Positions 1 to 15,900 of a stretch of DNA of 64,000 nucleotides are shown here, piece by piece. The first letter of the stretch is position 1. Each line of letters begins with the position of its first letter. The notes beneath the pieces were generated by a model, which was given only the letters and a program-made list of their open reading frames with translations, was not told where the DNA came from and did no database searches. Origin of the DNA: Flaccisagitta enflata (Eukaryota); the NCBI GenBank assembly GCA_965153355.1, contig OZ231126.1:3348001-3412000 (forward strand), read 5' to 3'. The position numbers and the translations under genes are program-made.

Positions 1-3000
1 GTAGGTCGGTAGGTCTGTCCGGCGGTCTGTCACATTTTTGAATTCCGAGCGGTTTTTGCACTACTGCTCCTGCCCAACCGTCTGCGACTGGATTGCCGTA
101 TATCCGGCCTTGTTTAATTTTTTTTTACAATGAAGCAAATGATAGATAACAGGATAATCAATCTCCATTATGCAAATAACATTTATCCTCATTATCAAAT
201 TATCGGCCATTGAAATGAAGATTGTACTGTTTTCTCTCCCTTTTGGGAATTTAAGGTTCAATCTGAAAAATCAATTCTCAAATGATCAGAATAGGGATGA
301 GATTGTACCCCCTCAAAATAAATTATATTGAAGATGTAAAATGTGACAAACTAATTGGAAAAAAAAAACTTCAGCGGTATCAAAAACAATGTTTTGTGAA
401 TTTTGTTTGGTTTGATTAAAAATGGAATAAAGATGAAATAGTTATCCTGGATGATTTGAGCATGGCCATAGATATGGTTACTTTTGTCACATGTGGCAAA
501 TCGCTCAATTTCCCACTCATAGAGAAATTTCTCCTCCCTCTCCTCCTGCTTTCTCTCCCCCCCCCCCCAGGCCGTGAGATCCATATCCCAGTCTTGAAGC
601 ACTATCCCAGCCTCAAGACTCCCATTATCAAGGCCCAAATCCCATGCCCAAAGCCCAAATCCCAGCCTTAAGGCCCAAGTCCCAATACCCAGCCTCTAGG
701 CTCAAATCTCAGCCTCAAAGCCTAATTCCCAGCAACTAGCACAAAATCCAGCCCAAAGACCTAAATCCTAGCCCCAAGGCCCAAACCTCAGCCTCAAAAC
801 CTAAATCCCTGCCTCAAGTACAAAATCCAGCCCCAAGGCCCAAATCCCAGCACCATGGCCCAACCGCTAGCAGGAGAAGAGATTTCCCCATGTATGATTA
901 CATAGGTCATTAGCCCCATTGGGGTCACTACCATGCTCTTTCCCTCACCTTCAATTACAACCCACTTAAACAGGGCACAGGTACCGTTGACCATCTAATG
1001 CTTTTGCAACTATTTGACTTGTGCTCATGGATGGACCAACAGACCAATGGATAGATTAAATCATTTTATTTATGTACTATGTAAATTTGAAAAAAAATGG
1101 AGGTCAATAGAGCATTTGGGCAGTAGCAGGTTACAGAATAAACAAGGCTGGATACACAGCTAACCTAGTCGCATGCGGGCGGGTAGGAGCAGTGCTGGAG
1201 AAGGTCAACAGGGCATCTGGGCAGGTGCCGTATGCTCAAAAAGCTCAAAAACGCTGAAAAAGTAAAAAGGGGACCAACCAACCAACCAACCAACCGATGT
1301 ACGGACATGGTATAGAGTCGCGTGGCATGCAACAAAAAGAAGTAAAAGTGGGACAGACCGCCCAAACGACTGACTAAGGCATGGACAGAGGGATGGACAA
1401 AGCAGGGGGTTGTGTTGCGTAGCAAGTGACTAAAAACATGGAAGCCCCTTGTTTCTGTTAGTCGATGTCTTTTTTTTTAGTCGCGTGCACGCAACTCTAC
1501 ACCCCGCTTTGTCCATCCGTCCGTTGGTTGGTTGGTCGGTCGGTCACGCTTTTACTTTTTTTATCAATTTTATTTCTCTAGGTCATTTTGGGTCATTTAA
1601 GAGTTTACTAAGTCATTCTAAGTCATTTTAAGTTATCATAAGTCTAAATGTAAGTCTCGCACGTGACTTACAGGTGTTGGCCTTGTTTTAATTGATTTTG
1701 AAATTCTATAAGAATGATACTTTCCTTATGAGTTTTTTTCATCATTCTGGTTTTCCGATGATTGCAAGATACCCAGATTCTCCCCTTCCCTTTTCCCGTA
1801 ATCCTTCCTTTTCACTCACTACGCAAGCTTAGTTCTAGACTTTTCAGTTAAAAAAAAATTTTCAAAGGTTTTTAGAGTCATTACATCACATTTCCCACTT
1901 TTACATATACTATGGCTCATGTTCACGATCTATATTGTTATGGATTTTGCTACCACTTTGGTCGACGCAAGTTGTATAACATAAGCAGGTTTTCCAAAAC
2001 AATTTTCATGTCCTGCCCAATTGAAATCCAATTTACTTACAAAATCAATTTGGACTCAATTAAGACACCGCATCATCTAGGCACCTCATCATCAATGCTG
2101 TAGTTGTTGTTGTAGCTAAAGTTGTAAACAAATGCAAGTAAAAAAAAGAGCAAAAGAGCAAGAGAAAGAAAAATGCAGGAAAATAGGCAAAACAGTTACA
2201 TTTGCTTATAACAGATAAGATTTGTTGGTCCTTTGACTTCCATTTTTGCAGGGTACTGTTCAAGTATGAGTTAAAAATGTTTAAGTTTATGTTTAAGTTA
2301 AAAAAATACAAGTATAAGCATAAATGGAAGTTTGAAAATGTAACTTAATATTATTCGTTAGTTTCTTATGATATTATTTGAAAGTAAGATTTGACATTGA
2401 TTGCAGAATTTTTCTTCCAAAAACCTGCTGCATGTGAGAAGGATCACTTAGAGAGTTAAGAATTTCTCAATGACACTTTTTAATCAGTTCTCAATCATAA
2501 AGAGAAAATTTCATCAACATTAGGGTTAGCATTATATCACATTCCGCAATCAATCAAAATTTTACCATCAACTCTGAAGCCAAGATTCCAATTATTCAAT
2601 TATTCAAAAGCATTGCATTCATGATCATTTCTAGTTTCAGACACGCAACTCTATAAGAGACCTTGTCCATCTGTCTGTCAGTCCATCAGTCTGCTGGTTC
2701 ATCCGTGGTGATAGGGTTGAAAAGTGCGAAAACTCGAATATTTGCTGCTGCCGTTTTGATTGTCTGTGTGTTTAAGTGTGTTGTATGGGTGAGGATGTGG
2801 TTGGGGGTTGTATGCCCCTAGGCTTGAGTGCTACTACGGGGCCCTAGGCTTGTGTGCTACTGCGGGGCCCCTTAAGCCCCTTCTCCAACCACCCTCACTT
2901 CTGACCTCCATTCCACTGCACCATTCTAATATTCCTATATTTTCTGGTAAAAGAATCATTTATGGCTAAGTTACATTGTTTTTATAAAAAATTAAGTAGG

Positions 3001-4907
3001 AGTGATCCATTTTACAACTCTTGATGTAGTTCATAAATAAAAAAATTCATTCTGGGTGCAAGGTATTAGCCTTTGAGTGCAAAAAGACCTTGAAAGTGCA
3101 GCTAAATGACTTCTATGAAAATGGTGCAAAAACACCCCTTTTACTCTCATATTAGACTTGAAAAATAATGGGTATTGTGTTGATTCACTAAAAAAATAAA
3201 TCTATAGATTGAAACCTAATAATTCTTAAAGGATAGAAAAAGATGCAGAGAATTTTTTACAAAGACTTCCTGGCAAATGCCTAATACCAAGTTTTGGAAC
3301 GGTGACTGGAGCAGGTTTTAATTTAAAAGTGAAAAGGCTGAAGCTTATTTGGACAAAACAAGTATTGAATGGTTACAATTTTGTTGTTGATGTGTGGGTA
3401 GGGGCATACAACCCCCTCCCATAATCACACACTCATACACAAGCATTCACTATCATAACGGGACCTCAAATGATTTCTTACACACTTTTCCAATCAAGCA
3501 TCTTGTAGGGACAGACCGATGGATGGACCATCAGATGGACAAAATCTCTTATAGATTCACAAAAATACATCTTTAAAAAATGCTATAAACAATATAATCA
3601 GATGCTATTGATTCAGTGGAGGGGCTCGCCATTTCACTAAACATCTCTGACCACATCACACCTTACCGGAACCCTAAAACAGGATCTAACCGCAAAACTA
3701 AACCTAGCCCAAATCTTAAAACTACACAGACCCCTCATACCACCCCTAACCCTGAATCCATATTGGTATGTTTTGTTCGAAAGTAACAAGCCCAAGACAG
3801 GGCAAAATTTGTGTTTGGTTGGGCAGGGGCAGTCTTGGAGGAATACAAAACTACAGTGCAACAGTATTTTACACTCACATGCCTTACAATGATATAAAGC
3901 ACTACAAAAAGACAAAATACAACTGTAATTCAAAAATTTTATGGCTGTAAGAACTGACCAATGGACCAACAAATTGTTGGACCGACTGACATACCAAGGT
4001 GTATAGTCCCGTGTTTGTGGTTTTAAAAAAACAAGGCCGGATACACAGCTACCCTAGATACATGCAGGTGGTCAGGGGCTGTATTTGAGGTCACTTGATC
4101 ACTTGGGCAGGAGCAGTGAGGCCAAAGACCGCAAAAACCCAAAAAAAGTAAAGTGTGATGGATGGATGGACAGACTGACGGACGGACGGACCAACGGAGG
4201 GACCAACAGAAGGACCAACGGATGGATGGACTGACAAAGCAGGGTGCAGAGTCGCGTAGCACACGACTAAAAACAAATGACCAAAATACAAAAGAGACCT
4301 AATTTAATTTTTACCATCAGCTCATTTTTGAATAAAAGAAAGATAGGCAGGAATCTGTGTTGCTTTTTTTTTCTGTGAGCCTCATTAGACAGATTTTTTT
4401 TCCACCTCCTTCCACATCCCACGAATCGATGTTCAAATGTTGGCAAATTGAGAGAGGAATGTACCCGTTTGCATATGATGCTATAGAAAGAGACTGGTGC
4501 TGCCTCTAGTGTTGATATCCGAAATCTCTGAGAGCATGTACCAGGGGACAAAGGAAATCTTCAACGGATAAAGTTCATAGTTGTGAACTTATGAACGGTT
4601 CTTTTTGGGGAAAAAGACTTTTACAAACTTTTTTATTTTTGTATTCTTTTTTTTGTTTTTTCGTTTTTTTTCGTGTTTTTTTTTCTTCTTTTTATTAACA
4701 TTTTCTTTAAATTTGTATTCCGAATTCTAAAATGGATAAAAGATGACTATCATTCGGAAGCTGAAGCGATATATGGGGAGTGTTAGGAAGATTTGAAGAC
4801 AGAGATGAGATGAGGTGAAATTTTGTGACCAGAGAGAAAAAAGGGAGAGATAAAAAAAGAAGAAGAAGCGAAAAAAAAAAGATAAAAGCGAAGAAGTGAA
4901 TACAACG

Positions 4908-4908
<1 letters not shown>

Positions 4909-4984
<76 letters not shown>

Positions 4985-5005
4985 TTTTAGCTCATCATCA
5001 TCCTC

Positions 5006-5090
<85 letters not shown>

Positions 5091-5200
5091 GGAAGCCAAT
5101 ATGCATCAAGGAAGGCGGCATCCCCCTCATTTACGCAGAGTGCAACAAAAGAAGGAAAAAATGTCCGACAAAAGACAGATGAACATCGACCAACTGGGCC

Positions 5201-5284
<84 letters not shown>

Positions 5285-5574
5285 GGAGAGGGAGAGAGAG
5301 ACAGAGAGAGAGACAGAGAGAGGGAGAGTGTGAGACGCAGCAGACAGAGAGACAGACAGACAGAAAGACAGACAGAGAGTCATGGGGCTCAGGTTGAGGA
5401 TTTGGGTGTTGACCACAGCCTTTAGAAGGAGACCAGACTAAGAGACAGATAGATGTGAAGACATGTAAATAGATGTACAGAAATATAGAAATGTGAATAG
5501 AAAGACATGAGAAAACGATTGGAATGAAAGAAAGAAAGAAAAAAGAAAGAAAGAAAGAAAGAAAGAAAGAATAA

Positions 5575-5626
<52 letters not shown>

Positions 5627-5630
5627 AGCA

Positions 5631-5662
<32 letters not shown>

Positions 5663-5699
5663 GAGAAAGAAAGAAAAAAAGAAAGAAAGAAGCAAGCAC

Positions 5700-5760
<61 letters not shown>
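4909..5760. repeat. Microsatellite cluster (CT)n, (GA)n, (GAAA)n
   Basis: Directly visible. Confidence 0.95.
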
Positions 5761-5761
<1 letters not shown>

Positions 5762-6044
5762 GAAGAAACAAGCAAAAAAATAAGTGACATGGGGTCGCAA
5801 TATCGTTGCGGACGGGTGGGCAGGGGCGTCCAACCCCCATCCCTACCCAACCCCTGACCCACACGGCCACACACAAACATACACAAAAAGTATCTAAAAC
5901 GCTTGTTTTTCACTTTTCAATTTGATGACCCCAGACGGATGGACCGACGGACCGACAGACAAAGCCTCTTACAGAATGCGTGTCCACAGAAAGGAGATGA
6001 ATGGATGAATAAATAAAGGTATGCGAAAATGTTTATGAGATGTG

Positions 6045-6208
6045 AACTAGTCATCCAAGGATCGCACATGGTCAGCGGTACCCAATGCCCTGCTTGGGGT
6101 GACCAAGTGAAGTCGTGGAGTGAGAGCAGGGCAGCAGCCCCAAAGGGCCGATGTCCTGTAGGACACAGGGGGGAATTTCCAGACGTCCTGAGGGGGAATA
6201 TAGCAGGT
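6045..6208 (+). repeat. 5' half of the host repeat interrupted by the Transib element
   Basis: Matches the start of the uninterrupted relative at ~61811-61960. Its GGGCAGC..GATGTCCTGTAGGACACAGGGG arm pairs in inverted fashion with 32007-32059. Confidence 0.8.
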
Positions 6209-6240
6209 CACTAAAGGAACGTTGGCTAATTACCCGGAAT
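6209..6240 (+). repeat. Left TIR of the Transib element (preceded by TSD CAGGT)
   Basis: Inverted match to 31604-31635; begins CACTAAA. Confidence 0.88.
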
Positions 6241-6810
6241 CAGTCGTAGGGTGTAACTAAAATTTTAAAATTTGCCCCAGGACATTTATCTTCATATGTT
6301 ATCATCACTGCCCTGGCGAATTTTTGATTAGCGAAGTTCTTATGTTCTCCTGAGACATTCTTGAAAACAACGCAAATTTAGGTTGACCGCGTGTGCGGGA
6401 TGGCTGTATCAAAAATACCAACATGATACCTTTCTGAAGATGAAATTTCATGCTCAATCTTGTCGTGTGGCCATGATTTATCTTCTCCTTTGTCTTGACA
6501 GTTTTCAGTGTTTTCAACTTGCGTTCACCCTGGCTAAGTCCCGACGGTGGTCTACGCAATAACGTCAATAAAAACAGTTTTAGATGTCCGCCATGACTGT
6601 TTATCCGGAAAAAGTAAATCCAGCACGATCCAGCTTACTTATTTATTTGACTTGAGAAAATGTTATTTGCTTGAATTCCTCGTTTCGACGACATTCAGCG
6701 CTTGCATTTCAAAAATAGGTATTAGTCATTTTCTAGAGGGTGCTTTTTATCAAAGAGCTCTCACATTACACCAGTAGCAATTTTTGTCGCTACAAGACTA
6801 CGCTTCATGC

Positions 6811-6908
<98 letters not shown>

Positions 6909-7052
6909 GCATATTGCAAATACTGGCTGAACGGAAAAGCAATTCTTTAGTAAGTCAATGATTTCCCTTCATCATTTTTGCATGACCGATGTGTATAACG
7001 TTTCGGTTCTTTATCCTGATACTGTTTTTTGTTCACGGCGTGTCTCGGAAAA

Positions 7053-7158
7053 ATGGATAATATAACCATAGATCGAAAGAAGTTTTTCGAGAAACACGGA
7101 AAGATTATCTTCACCTTAACAGTTACTGCGCTTTGTAACTTGATTTTGGGTTTCAAAG
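7053..7158 (+). CDS. Transib transposase exon 1 ([12 protein letters not shown]...LGFK)
   Basis: ATG at 7053, donor AAG|GTATT; phase 1 matches exon 2. Confidence 0.6.
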
Positions 7159-9898
7159 GTATTCCCTTGTCATCGATTAATGTGCTTATATTCGTAGTTG
7201 CGTCCCGCATTAGTATAAGAGGGCCTGTATATGTACGTCGATCCTGATTGATCCATCAGTTTGTCAGCATGTCCGTTAGTATCATTGAAAATTATGTGGA
7301 TGACTCAAGTTTCTTGGAAGGGCTCATATTTATACTTAGGAGCTTCAACTGACTCAAATCTTCTATCATGCAGAATGTTACTCGTCATTTCATTCATTAT
7401 CATGTTTAGCTACGGCTAGGTCTGATCAGGTCAAGATAGGCCTAAGAATTAATAACACCGCGTATACAGCCTCGTTTTATTTTCACTCTTTCAAACGGAG
7501 ATGTTCAATCATATTCACTCTTTTCTCCAACTAAGAACCTTGTTTATAAGGACATCGAGGCTCAGATATGGAAAAAAAAGAACAACTATAAAAACATGTT
7601 CAGCCTCACATTAAGCATATTATAAGAACATTATTCTTTTTGTTTTTTATTTTAGGCAAATAGAGGAACTGCAGTAAACAAAAAAGATTTTGACTGCATT
7701 ATTGTAATTGTACAAATCAATCAGTCTCACACTTAGATTTAATTTGTTAGTGATTATTATTTTAGTTCTTATATCTTTTCAATTGCCTATCAGAGTTAGG
7801 TAACCAAACAAAAGTTTCCTGTATAAACTAGCCATTATAGAAATAAGAATATCCTAAGAACAATTTGAACCTCAGATCACCCTATAAATAAAAACATTGA
7901 GCCTCAAAAACAAATAACATAACATAAAAAAAAAAAGAGTGTAGAGACGTTTGTTTCCGTCAAAATTCTGTCTTTCATTCAAATCTTACTTTTCAGTAGT
8001 TTAGATTTTCAACACAATTGAAATAAAATATACAATGATGACGCAATGAATTTCCAGGCTTGAAGGCTGACTTTAATCAGTACGACAAGGAATCGAGACA
8101 AGATCTCACTAAATTGGCCAATTTGTACAAGGACAAAGGGTGGTGGAAATATGTCAATAAATTCAAGTATGTTTGGAAAAAGTTTCTGGCAAGTCGATGG
8201 ATGGCAACAATCGACCAGGTCTGAATTATTTCTTTCCAACAGTGATAACGATGGCGATCATTGCCATCAAATGCATTTACTGCATACATTCATACATGTC
8301 GGAAATTGTTCATAAACTTTGATTGCCTCATGAGGGAGTAAGCGAGCCCGTGAATGGAGTGAGTGAGCGTAGTGAAGGGGAGGGCTGTGAAGCGAGTGCC
8401 CATTTATAAACTCAATTGTCACGTGAAGATATATGCATTTAAAGCATTTGTTGTTTATTGATCGGGAAAAAAGTCAGTCAGTATTCGACTTTTTGACATA
8501 TTCGAGAGAAACAGGGTTTTCATTTTCTTATGAGGAAGTTGGGGATCTCCACCGAGCGAATGTTGCCTCCAATGAAATTGATAGGGTAAGTAAATTTGAT
8601 AATTCTCTTTCATTTGGCACCAAGCAGAATTCTCTACGACAAATATTAGGCGCGTTTTGATTTTTTAAACATTTATTTATAAAAATTGCGAATTGAATTT
8701 TTTCAATTTTTTATGATTTTGAGTGGGATCCAAAAAGGTGTATATTTATTTTTGTTTGAGTATGCAAATACAAAAAAACATGTTTATGAGCATAGCTGCT
8801 CATCCGTGAAGGTGTTTTAGAGGATTCTAGCTCATTTAGCTCAGTTTCTTTTTTTTATTTTAAATGTGATAAATGAATAGAAATTTTGATACATGTTAAA
8901 GAAAGCAGATACAAAAAAGCATATAAGCCAGCATAACTGCTCATCTGTGAGGGTATTTTTAAGCATTTTAGTTCACTTAGCTCATTTAGCTCAGTCTTTT
9001 TTTTTTCATTTTTAATGGGATAAATAAATATTTTGATGAGACCATGTAATTATAAGAAAGCATGTCAGTGAGCATAGCTGATTGTCTGGTTGAGTGATTT
9101 TGAGCATTTTAGCTCATCTAGCTCATTTGGCTCAGTCCTATTTTTCTCTGATTTTCAGTGCAATCAATACATACAATTGCTCTTGATTTGATCTAATAAG
9201 AAAAAAGATTTGCAGTGACTAAAGACAAAAGCTTGGTGAAAAATGATCAATGCTTACGACTTTTTTCCTCACGGCGACAGCCGCCATTACTGGTTTTCAT
9301 ACTTTTTTGGTTTATTAGAAGGATAAGCCGCTTTACAGTCCTACGTAAAGCGGTAATGGTTGCAAAAGAATGATGAAGCGTTCCGTGTGTTCGTTAAATT
9401 TCTAGATGAAAAAGCCAAAGCTGGCACCTCATTTTCAAGCTCATCAAAATCCTCCCGTCGGATGTGGAAGAAAAAGAAAATGTTTCGACGACTGCACTGA
9501 AATGACAAAGAAGAAAAAGGCGGCAGCTTTGGCTCAGGGAAAATCTATTGGTATAACGTTTGACTCAACGAAATGAGCAGCCCAGAAAATAGAGCGGGCC
9601 AAGGCCCGCAAATTTGCCGTTGGGCCTGCAAATTAGACTAGCTGCGGGCCCACACAGACACACATACAGACACACATACAGACACACACATACAGACACA
9701 CACACAGAGACACACGCAGAGACACACACACAGAGACACACACGCACAGACACACACAGAGACACACACACACAGACAAACACATAGAGACACACACACA
9801 GAGACACACACACACACACACACAGAGACACACACACAGAGACACACACACACACACACAGAGACACACACACACAGACACACACACAGACACACACA

Positions 9899-9974
<76 letters not shown>

Positions 9975-12900
9975 GACGGGTAAAAGACAAAAGTTACCAT
10001 TATTCATTGCATTATTCTTTCCATTTATTAGGAAGTTTGCATAGATAAAGAAATTCACTGCAGTGTTGTAGCAATGTGTCTACACAGGCTTATGACAACA
10101 GAAAGCTTTGAATAACTATATTTCAGTTGGGCCCGCTGTTTCCCTGTCTGGCCCGCAAAAATTAAGAGGAGCGGGCCCGACGGGCCCGTGGAGAAATATT
10201 ACTATTTTCAGTGCTGAAAATGAGTGAGATTCACCTCAATTTTCACCTTAAGGCATAATTTTGCCCAGTTCCTTGGCATGCGCTTTAATGAAGCTCAATT
10301 GTATATACTTTCTTCAATTGCCCCTTAACTTAGATGAGTGTTTGAGTGCTGCGGAATACTTGGCAAGGAAAGACAAGAATGTACCAGCAGTTGGAGTTAT
10401 CAAGTTGTTACGTGAACTGTACAATAAAAAGTGAGTCTTTTCCACGCTAAAAAAAAACAAGGTCATTAAATTGAAGTTGCGTGCGTCGGCACTAGAAATA
10501 AAAGTCAGGCAGACAGACAGACAAACAACTTCATTTAGAAGACATTTTAAAACGCTGTTTACTACTCCAAGTTTCTTACCTTCCATTCAAAAAAGCGCAA
10601 TAAAAAGCCTTTAAAACAATTTTGTGGTGGACGGAGAGACCATTGGACCAACGAACTGACAAACGGACATGACCAACCAACAAACCAACCAATGGACCAA
10701 CAAAAAGGGATGGACAGACAGACAAACCGACCAACCTATGGACTAACCAAAAAGTGGCTTAAAACGGTGCATGAATGCCTCTGAAACATCTAAAAGTCTT
10801 TAAATTATGTAAAGCGCCCTTTAAACAACTGTGACGGACAGACAGACCAATGGACGGACCAACAGACCAAAAAAGTGGCTTATAGAGTCGTGTAGCAGGC
10901 AACTAAAAAATAACATACCTAACGGAATAGTAATTCCGTGTTACCTTCACATGCATGATAACATTATTAGTAAATTTATTACATCATAGAATATTTACGT
11001 TATGACATCCATTTCGAAGGAAAGCCAACTCTACAATTTTATAAATAACTCGTCTAGCTCTAGGCGAACGGACCATATTTTTAGTCGCGTGCTATACGAC
11101 TCTCTACCGCGCTTTATCCGCCTGTTGGTGGGTTGGTTGGCCTCAATTTTACTTTTTTGGCTTTTTTGAGCTCACTGCCCCTTCCGACCTGCACGTGACC
11201 GGGGTAGCCATTTATCAGGCCTTAATTTGTCTTGTTTTCATTTGCCCCCATTGTAAAAAAGGCGACGAAAAATAGTCATTTGTCACATGTCGCATATGGG
11301 TGGCTAGGTCACTTTTCTGCAGAAATTTTCCTACCTCAGCTCGGAGGATATATAAATTTCTCTGTAATAATAGGGAGAGCCTTAGAAGAATGTTGGATGT
11401 CGTACTAAAACCTTGGCCAGTGTTGACAAAAATGAGCCCTATGGAAGGTTTGGCTTTATTGAGGGAGCTTAACGTATCCAAGTCTAGATATTCTTCGCTG
11501 ATACGCGCAAGCAAAAGGTGTGGCGCTCAGATTTATCCCTCTCAAAGACAAATATTGAAGGCAAAGAGATTTGTTTGGCCAGACAATATCAGGTACTGCA
11601 TGACCAATTCTGTTCCGTTTGTAAATTCCAAAATCATGGCTTAATAAAGTAAATTGAGTAAATGACTTTTGGGTGCTTCACATTGCAAAACTTGCGATTA
11701 TAACCTTACATAATATGGCAAAATAAAGATTATAAAAATTATTGCATGTATTTCTTGATGCAGTCATCTTTTGATTTTTTCAGCTTTGAAGTTGTCCATA
11801 AGAATCTAACAAGGCCAAGAGATGTCCAATAGATGCGTCCTCTTTGGATGTAAGATATTATCATACAAATTATTAAGATATAAAGATATTAAGATATAAT
11901 AATATGAAAATATAAAGATTCAGAGATAAAGAGAAAAATATAGACTGATTCCTCTCTTCCCCCCATACGCCTCTCCACCCCCCCCGCCTCCCTCCCCCTC
12001 CCCCACGCCGCCCCCCCTCCTCCCACCCCTCCCCTCCACGCCTCCCCACCCCTCCCCCCACGCCTCCCCACACCCCCCACACCTCCCCACCCCTCCCCCG
12101 CCTCATCCTCACAAAGAGACATGAAGGGACTTGGAGAGACATGGAGAGACATGAAGAGACATGAGGAAACATGAGAAGACGTAAGAGACATGAAGAGATA
12201 TAAGAGACATGAAGAGACATAAGAGATATAGAGATATAAGAGATATAAGAGATTTAAGAGACATAAGAGATATAAGAGACATAAGAGATATAAGAGATAA
12301 AAGAGATATAAGAGATATATAAGAGATATAAGAGATATAAGAGATATAAGAGATATAGATATAAGTGATTTAAGAGACATAAGAGACATAGGAGACATAA
12401 GAGACATATGAGACATAAGAGACATAGGAGACATAATAGACATATTGGAGACACATAGGAGACACATAGGAGACGAAAGAGACATAAGAGACATAAGAGA
12501 CCTAAGAGACATAAGAGAAATAAGAGACATAAGAGACATAAGAGACATAAGAGACATATAGGAGATGTAAGAGACATATAGCTATAGGAGACATAAGAGA
12601 CATGTAGGAGAAAAAAGAGACAAAAGAGACAAAAGAGACAAAAGAGACATAAGAAATATAAGAGACATGGAGAGACATGAAGGGAACAAAGAGAAAATCT
12701 TAAAAATCGCCTTTTGAAAATTTCTCATCACGGAACTTCAGACCCTCTTATAGAGACGCGAGGACGCATCTAAAAAGAGTATGGGTCCGCAACTGGGGTC
12801 AAACAGCGATGTCAAATGGCGATGTCAAACGGCATTGTCAAACCTCTACAAATTGCAAACATTTGTTGAGTCCTTCCATTTAGAGACTTTATTCCAAGTT

Positions 12901-15900
12901 TCAACCAAATTGATTGAAAAATGCCAAAGTTATGCACGTCTTTTACTTTTAGGCTGGTAGGCCAGTTGGGTGGTTATCTTTTAATTCTTTTTATCTATTT
13001 TGTCACTGAAAAGATGGTTAGAGATGAATAATTATTGATGTCACAAACAGGGGCTAAGAGGATGCAACTGAAAACATTGTGGGATGTAATTGCATTCTCT
13101 ATCAATCATATCCAGGGTCAACCAAACTCGGGTTGTTATTGGAATGCAAAGTCTTGTTGATATCACAATATCGCACCTGCTGCAAAGATCCGACGTCATT
13201 TTGCCACCAAATGTTATTGGCCCATACCATGCTATTCTGATATTTAAGTGGGGAATGGACGGAGCATCTGGACAGGCTCAGTATCATCAAGAGTTGCCAG
13301 AAAACAGTATGAATCAATAAGATATTTTGAAAATTTTGAAAATAAAAAACCGAGACAGGTTGCTTGCTTGCCATAGATATTTAGTCGCGTGCACGCAACT
13401 CTACATCCCGCTTTGTCCATCGGTTGGTCTGTCTGTTGGTCCGTCACACTTTTACTTTTTATATCAATTTTATTTCCTAAAGTCATTTTAGGTCATTTAA
13501 GAGAATACTAACTCATTCTAAGTTATTCTAATTCATTATGTAAGTCTCGCACGCGACTTATAGGTGTTGGCCTTGTTTAGTTGAGGACACGCAATTCTAT
13601 GAGAGGCTCTGTCTGTGCGCTGGTCCATCTGTCAGTCCGTAAGTACATACGTCCATCACGCTCCAGTAGGACACGCAAAAAACGAGCATTTACAATGCTG
13701 TAGTTATCAAGTCTGTGTATCAGTGTGAATGTGTGGGAGGGGGGTTGATGGGTGGGGTTTGGGTTAGGCTGGGGGTTGGTTGCTCCTGCCCATCCGTCGG
13801 CAACGATTTTTGAGACCCGTGTCACTTGTTTGTTTGAAGTATTACATATCAATCAATCAGGTACGGAATCTGAACAAGCACTTGACGCAAATGTATGGAC
13901 AGTGACTTATGTACCATTGGCTCTCATCATTAATAACACTTGGGTAAGTTCCATCTTGATGTGATTTACGCAATGCAATGTACGGTGAAAAAAAGGCCAA
14001 ATTACAGATAAGCCCCACTCTAACGGACCCGCCTTTAACGGAATTCGGCCTATAACAGATACAAACTCTTGGTTCCTTTAACCAGTTTTCTTTTGTTTCT
14101 TATGTTAGCTATAACTGAATTACCCCTATAACCAGGGGTGTATATTATTGAGTCGCTTTTGATTTTTCCCCCCCCCCCTGCCTTTGATTTTCTTCCCCGC
14201 GACGCGTCGCGTCACGTTTTTATATCGATGATTATCTTCCCTATAGAGCAATAAAACTATGTAGTTAAGGTTTAAAAAGTGTTATATTGTGTTTTACTAA
14301 TTGGGTTTTATGATTTAGTACTGTCAAAAGTTATATTTTCCCCAAATTTTCTCTTTTTTTTCTCTTTTTTCCCCCTTTGGTTTCCTTCCCCATCTCTAGA
14401 CCCTTTTATTTTTCCCCCGTGGGGGGGGGGGGAAAACTCAATAATATACAGGCCTGCCTATAACAGATAGAATTTGTTAGTCCCTTAAAATCGGTTGGAG
14501 CGGAATTTTACTGTGTGGCCAATAAGTGCTTCTCCAGGTGGTAAGAATGAAAAAGAAGTCAGAAGTGAGCCGTTTTACGCATATCATACATTTGCGTGAC
14601 CGACAAACCAATGAACGGACATAACCTCTCATAGACTTTAAACAAGGCCAAGTAGGCCAATAGGTGCGATGTGTGGATCGTCAAACGAATGCGTTACCAA
14701 CCAACTAACCAACCGACCAACCAACCAACGGACACAGCCAGTTATAGAGGTGCTTTGTCGCACCTAAAAGGGCCATCTAACGAAGTCCTAATCCTCTTTA
14801 AACTTTGCAGATCTGGTTTAACAGATGTGCAGCAGGGGTCACGTGGAATAGGCCCATAGTGTATGAACTTGGAAAAGGTGATTATCTGGCGATTAGGTTT
14901 ACTGATGAATAAACCTAATTATTTTCATTGCATAGAAATTTCACAGGGATATTTTGTCAAATTTCCACTTAGAAACATCGGAAAAGACAACTGGAGAATA
15001 TAAGCGTTTGAAACGTGATATAAAAAGGCTGAGGAAAACTGCTTGTGAGGTATCTACAACCATCTTTGAAAACAAGGCCGGATACACGGCTACTGAAGTC
15101 GCGTGTGGGTGGGCAGGGGCCATATTTGAGGTCACTAGACCATTTGGGCAGGAGCAGTAAGGTCAAAGAAATAAAATCATAAAAAGAAGTAAAACATGAC
15201 CAATGGACCGACCAACGGACAAAGCGGGTTGTAGAGTCGCGTGCACGCGACTAAAAAACAGGCTTAACAGGCCAACAGTAGTTCAGCAAAAATTAGCTCA
15301 TTAAGTTGTCTCATTTTTTATGTATTGGGTATTGTTTTGATACAATTTAAAAATGTTACAGGACCAGCAGACCGACGGACCGACGGACCAACAAAAAGAG
15401 CAAGGTGTAGAGTTGCGACTAAAAAAATATTGCTTGCTTTCTGATTGTGTAAGAGGATGTGTCCATCCATGGAAACATATTGCATTTTCTAATTACAAAA
15501 AAATGCCCCGGTTAATTGCACCTACCAACTTACAAAACTGTTCCTGCCTTTTTGCACCACTAGGCACTGACTTTTCCCTCCCATAAGTAACTATTGATAG
15601 GCTTACATTAAACAAGAATTGATAACTTTGCATGAGTCCATCCACTGTTCAGGTGAATGTTGGTGGGGAGAAAAGAGCTGTACTGGTAAAACATGTGGGA
15701 ATGGCAAGTATGATTGATGGTAAAGTTCGGGCCACCTTGCTTGGTACTGGAATGGCCACTTGTCCATTATGTAAGGCCTCTCCAACACAAATGAAAGATG
15801 TCGTTGGTTGCTTACAGCGAGAAATTGATCCAGGTAAAACAGCAAAAAAGAAAGTGTATTACGATGCGCCGCATTAAAAACAGGACAGTTTGTATCAATA

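Noticed and set aside
4267-4560. Possible exon or ORF in unique sequence (also ~1750-2100 and ~45430-45680)
   Set aside because: No consistent frame, splice chain or recognisable motif.
4727-5913. Long ORFs of 130-260 aa here and at 9565-10058, 11889-12577, 24958-25663 and 53585-54372
   Set aside because: They are translations of micro- or minisatellites (SLSL, VCVC, FLSF, ERER).
6305-6568. Divergent minus-strand ORF (87 aa) upstream of the transposase
   Set aside because: No ATG start or recognisable motif; it lies in the element's subterminal region.
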